Shown one piece after another: positions 16,813-20,000 of a stretch of 20,000 bases of DNA (position 1 is the stretch's first letter; each line of letters opens with the position of its first letter). Made by a program: the position numbers and the translations under genes. The notes beneath the pieces were generated by a model. The model had not been told where the DNA came from, ran no database searches, and worked only from the letters and a program-made list of their open reading frames with translations. This DNA comes from an uncultured virus (IMG/VR IMGVR_UViG_3300024264_000022) (taxonomy: Duplodnaviria; Heunggongvirae; Uroviricota; Caudoviricetes), in the IMG/VR virus record IMGVR_UViG_3300024264_000022, one strand, 5' to 3'.

Positions 16813-17262
16813 TTATTGACCTTCATTTGAAACTGCTTTATCTTCTGTTTTTTCATCTAACTTTTTACCAATATTATATTTGGCAGATAGATTCCACTCT
16901 TTCTTTTCTTTGAAAGGTAGTACTTTGATTTGTGATAAAGGTGCTTTGTCTGTTGCAGCCTCTGGTTTCACTATAGTTATTAAGTTCCAATCCGTAAGTA
17001 ATACTGCAATAGTATTTCTTCTTTGGATATCATTGTCGGTCAAGGTTGCTTTCTTACCATCAAGAGCAAATAGTTCTTTGAAGTGTACAATATAGTACTT
17101 GCCTTGTTTGTGTAATATGTGGCAACTTTGAAATAGTGTTTTGTCTTTACGACTTGCAACACCTATTCTAGTTAATGTCTCTCTTACTTTTAGGAAATCG
17201 TCAGGTTGCTTGATTGTAACCTCTAGCATATCTTCCGGTGACCATTTTACATTGTCTGTCAT
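16813..17262 (-). CDS. regA: RegA translational repressor
   Basis: DDFLKVRETLTRIGVAS..LFQSCHILHKQGKYYIVHFKELFALDG. Confidence 0.97.
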   Translation of the reverse strand: MTDNVKWSPEDMLEVTIKQPDDFLKVRETLTRIGVASRKDKTLFQSCHILHKQGKYYIVHFKELFALDGKKATLTDNDIQRRNTIAVLLTDWNLITIVKPEAATDKAPLSQIKVLPFKEKKEWNLSAKYNIGKKLDEKTEDKAVSNEGQ

Positions 17263-17654
17263 TTTCTTTTTCTCCCACCCTTGTTCAAGGATTTTTTTAT
17301 ATGTTCAATATCGTCTTTAGTCAGTATGCTTAGAGCGGTTTTAGCTTTCTCATTACTATAGCCATAATACTCTTTTACATAGTCTAAATCTTTAAGCTTT
17401 TCTGCTTTCATCCATTTCGCAAAACGCTTTTTCTTTCTTACTATATTTAGTAAAAAATGATATTGCATATTATTGGGAAGAAAATGATACCCATTCATTT
17501 CGTTGGCAGCGATTAAGGTATCATAATGATAAGATAAACACTTGTTTACTATAAACGCAGGATACTTCTTTTCCCAAGTCAAGTCTTCGGTGTTCATCAC
17601 ATCCTGTTTAGTAAAGTTAATACTATTCAGGTATTCTTTGAGTTCGTAAGCCAT
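17259..17654 (-). CDS. 62: Clamp loader small subunit gp62
   Basis: YPAFIVNKCLS..ANEMN..QYHFL..RKKKRFAKW..YYGYSNEKA; lies between 44 and regA. Confidence 0.93.
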   Translation of the reverse strand: MAYELKEYLNSINFTKQDVMNTEDLTWEKKYPAFIVNKCLSYHYDTLIAANEMNGYHFLPNNMQYHFLLNIVRKKKRFAKWMKAEKLKDLDYVKEYYGYSNEKAKTALSILTKDDIEHIKKSLNKGGRKRK

Positions 17655-18598
17655 TATTTAAACTTACAATTTGCCATTATCTCGGTAAGACAAGCGACCA
17701 TATTGATTTCTTGGTCTGCGACAAAAGCCGCCTTGTACTGATAACCAGCGATAACTAAAACTGCCTGTGGTATAGATTTAGGGTCAAGTGATTTCTGCAA
17801 TACTTCGTATATATTACGGAACATACTTGTAGGTTCTTTATCTATGTTTTGAATAACCCACTTTCGCATATCATTAAATCGTTTTTCTTTTAATGTAGCG
17901 ACTAGTTCTTTGTTATTTGCTTCAGATAATGTAAATAAAATACCACTATCAATCTTACCTCTTACAGAATATCTTTGAAGTTCATTGATAGTCCGTCTGA
18001 AATCAGGAAAGTATTTAATGATAAGCTCTGCCAAAACTTTCTTGTCAAAAGGAATACCTTTGTCATCTAATACTTTACCTAGTCTAATCATCATAGCGTC
18101 AGCACACTTCTTCTTTTGTCCGTTGACAATTTTAAAGTCTACTACCGTACAACGACTATGTAATGGTGGTATGATTTTGTTTTTGAAATTGCAAGTTAGA
18201 ATAAATCTACAATTGTTATGGAATTCTTCCATAAATGCTCTCATAGCAGGTTGTACAGAATCAGCATTTGTATAATCTGCTTCATCTATAATCACTACCT
18301 TATGATTAGCGTCTTCTGTTAAAGACACCGTACTTGCAAAGTTCTTAATTTTAGTTCTTAATGTATCAATTTGTCTACCTTCATCTGAACCATTGATGAT
18401 AAGATAATCACATTTTAACTCTTCACACAAGGCACGAGCAACCGTTGTCTTACCTGTACCTGCTGTACCTGATAAAAGTAGATTTGGTATCTCACCTTGT
18501 TTTAAAAAGTTTTGAAAAGTTGATTTTATATCTTCTGGTAAGATACACTCTTCAATTGTCTTTGGTCGGTATTTTTCAACCCACAAAAAGTCTGCCAT
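17654..18598 (-). CDS. 44: Clamp loader large subunit gp44 (RFC-like AAA+)
   Basis: LWVEKYRP, GTAGTGKT, IIDEAD, SRC motif. Confidence 0.97.
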   Translation of the reverse strand: MADFLWVEKYRPKTIEECILPEDIKSTFQNFLKQGEIPNLLLSGTAGTGKTTVARALCEELKCDYLIINGSDEGRQIDTLRTKIKNFASTVSLTEDANHKVVIIDEADYTNADSVQPAMRAFMEEFHNNCRFILTCNFKNKIIPPLHSRCTVVDFKIVNGQKKKCADAMMIRLGKVLDDKGIPFDKKVLAELIIKYFPDFRRTINELQRYSVRGKIDSGILFTLSEANNKELVATLKEKRFNDMRKWVIQNIDKEPTSMFRNIYEVLQKSLDPKSIPQAVLVIAGYQYKAAFVADQEINMVACLTEIMANCKFK

Positions 18599-18615
18599 AA
18601 TATATTCTCCATAAT

Positions 18616-18732
18616 TTAAATTGTACCTTGTAATAGATTAAGTACAAGTGATAACGCTATCAAAAAGCAAGCGATACCACTTACACCAATTACATACTTG
18701 ATTGCGATTTTAACTTTACGATTAAAATTCAC
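18616..18732 (-). CDS. Possible 38-aa single-pass membrane peptide
   Basis: GTG start overlapping the gp45 end: MNFNRKVKIAIKYVIGVSGIACFLIALSLVLNLLQGTI. Basic N-terminus then a hydrophobic stretch; fills the 45-44 gap. Confidence 0.5.
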   Translation of the reverse strand: MNFNRKVKIAIKYVIGVSGIACFLIALSLVLNLLQGTI

Positions 18733-19390
18733 TTTCAGGCTCTAATGCAATCCAGTATTGTACTGGTCTTGTTCTATTAACAAAATGTGAAATCTTTTGT
18801 TTTGAGATTGCCACATCATAGTCATCTGCTAACATTTTAAAGTTTTCTGCTTTGAAGAACGCTTTAAATGTTTTGTCAGTAGTTCCTACTTGGATATCAA
18901 ACTTGTTAGAAGCTTTATTCTTTCTGTCTTCTGCAACAAGTATCATATTTTTACCATCACCAACAACTGAAATATCAGGTAAGTTAAGAGTAACCACGCC
19001 TTTCATTAATCTCTCCATATCTGCTTTCTTAAATAAGAAAGATACTTCTGTATCTGGCATAGAGATTGTTTTGGTAGGTGCAACGATAACAGATTCGTCA
19101 GCGAAAGTATATTTACTTTGTGACCTTCCGTCTTTACCAGAAATGCCTACACTAGAACCACCATTGAATTTTAAGTTAGGTGTCTCAAATAAGTCAACCG
19201 TTCTTAAAAACTCTGGTAAGTCATAGATTGCAAACTGCTGGTCAAAGTCTTCTTTGATGTCTGCTGTTGCTAGAATATTTTTCATAGTAGAAATTGTATT
19301 TAATTTCTTACCAGGTTTAATCAAAATATTCTGATTTATATTTGCAAAGTTTTTAAGCAATGCAAGCGTGTCGTTAGATAAGTTCATCAT
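18722..19390 (-). CDS. 45: Sliding clamp gp45
   Basis: LKNFANINQNI, FAIYDLPEFL, YWIALE; AGGAG RBS. Confidence 0.95.
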   Translation of the reverse strand: MMNLSNDTLALLKNFANINQNILIKPGKKLNTISTMKNILATADIKEDFDQQFAIYDLPEFLRTVDLFETPNLKFNGGSSVGISGKDGRSQSKYTFADESVIVAPTKTISMPDTEVSFLFKKADMERLMKGVVTLNLPDISVVGDGKNMILVAEDRKNKASNKFDIQVGTTDKTFKAFFKAENFKMLADDYDVAISKQKISHFVNRTRPVQYWIALEPESEF

Positions 19391-19416
19391 ATATTCTCCT
19401 TTGTCATTATTTAAAC

Positions 19417-19445
19417 ATTATATATCATTTTGTCGTTGTTGTCAA
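19417..19445 (-). promoter_or_regulatory. Consensus sigma70 promoter for the 45-44-62-regA operon
   Basis: TTGACA-17 nt-TATAAT. Confidence 0.9.
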
Positions 19446-19449
19446 TAGC

Positions 19450-19995
19450 CTATTCACTTTGTCGTAAATATTCTAACATCTTCTCTGGAGTTGTTTCTAC
19501 ATATGGGTCATCATCTTTTCCTTCATTGTTGATACCTTTTTCTTGGAACCATTTCTCAACAATGCCGTTATTAATAACTGCCATATATCTCCAACTTCTA
19601 TTACCGAAACCTAAATGGTTCTTACCAATTAGCATTCCCATAAATCTTGTAAAGTTTCCTGAACCGTCTGGAATAAATTTTACTTTCTCAATATCCATAT
19701 GGTCTCTCCAGGCATTCATTACGAAACTATCATTTACTGAAATACAATAAACTTCATCTATTGTAAACTTTGTAATAGTATCATAGTGTTCTTCAAACCC
19801 TGGCAACTGCTGACTTGAACAAGTCGGCGTAAATGCACCAGGTAGACTGAATAATACAACTCTCTTATTTTTGAAATAATCATTTGTTGTCTTATTCAAC
19901 CATTTACCACCGATAGGACAACCGCCTTCCGATGAAATCTCGTCACCTTCTCGTACTCTAAAAGTGACCTTTGGTATCTTCATTTCATTTTTCAT
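19450..19995 (-). CDS. Peroxiredoxin (Prx5 subfamily)
   Basis: LPGAFTPTCS, SVNDSFVMNAW, IPDGSGNFT, GFGNRSWRY. Confidence 0.93.
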   Translation of the reverse strand: MKNEMKIPKVTFRVREGDEISSEGGCPIGGKWLNKTTNDYFKNKRVVLFSLPGAFTPTCSSQQLPGFEEHYDTITKFTIDEVYCISVNDSFVMNAWRDHMDIEKVKFIPDGSGNFTRFMGMLIGKNHLGFGNRSWRYMAVINNGIVEKWFQEKGINNEGKDDDPYVETTPEKMLEYLRQSE

Positions 19996-20000
19996 ATTAT

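Noticed and set aside
18621..18647. Imperfect inverted repeat TTGTAC...GTACAA as a terminator
   Set aside because: Weak AT-rich stem with a long loop, inside a probable small ORF and an operon.
281..19750. All plus-strand ORFs in the track (e.g. 794..1117, 7428..7763, 18852..19226)
   Set aside because: They are antisense shadows of well-supported minus-strand genes, with no recognisable motifs.
1..20000. CRISPR array, or avoidance of TCNGA (Hpy188I) or CAATTG (MunI) sites
   Set aside because: No repeat-spacer periodicity was seen. TCNGA and CAATTG both occur readily (e.g. CAATTG near 3524, 8043 and 16735), so no obvious depletion.

Overview
AT-rich segment of a T4-like (marine, cyanophage/pelagiphage-type) myovirus genome; every supported gene is on the minus strand. 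From right to left: peroxiredoxin, gp45, gp44, gp62, regA, a RimK ATP-grasp ligase fused to a RimB-like protease, a small conserved ORF, 2Fe-2S ferredoxin, gp43 DNA polymerase. A restriction-modification-like island follows (GNAT-fold protein, MT-A70 methyltransferase, Hpy188I-like GIY-YIG nuclease, PD-(D/E)xK nuclease, second amino-methyltransferase), then uvsX, a gp40-position ORF, gp41 helicase, two small ORFs, tRNA-Leu(UAA) and tRNA-Arg(UCU). The left end holds a nuclease-like ORF and a late-promoter operon: ligase-like KxDG protein, adenylate kinase, MazG, SET domain protein and a zeta/PNK-like kinase. Highlights: (1) the two unrelated nuclease genes share identical 11-bp upstream and 10-bp downstream flanks, like tandem exchangeable cassettes in one slot between two methyltransferases; (2) GATC is almost absent; (3) several enzymes have N-termini resembling the T4 capsid-targeting sequence; (4) a RimK-protease writer/eraser fusion. 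Family calls come from motif recognition by eye, not database searches.
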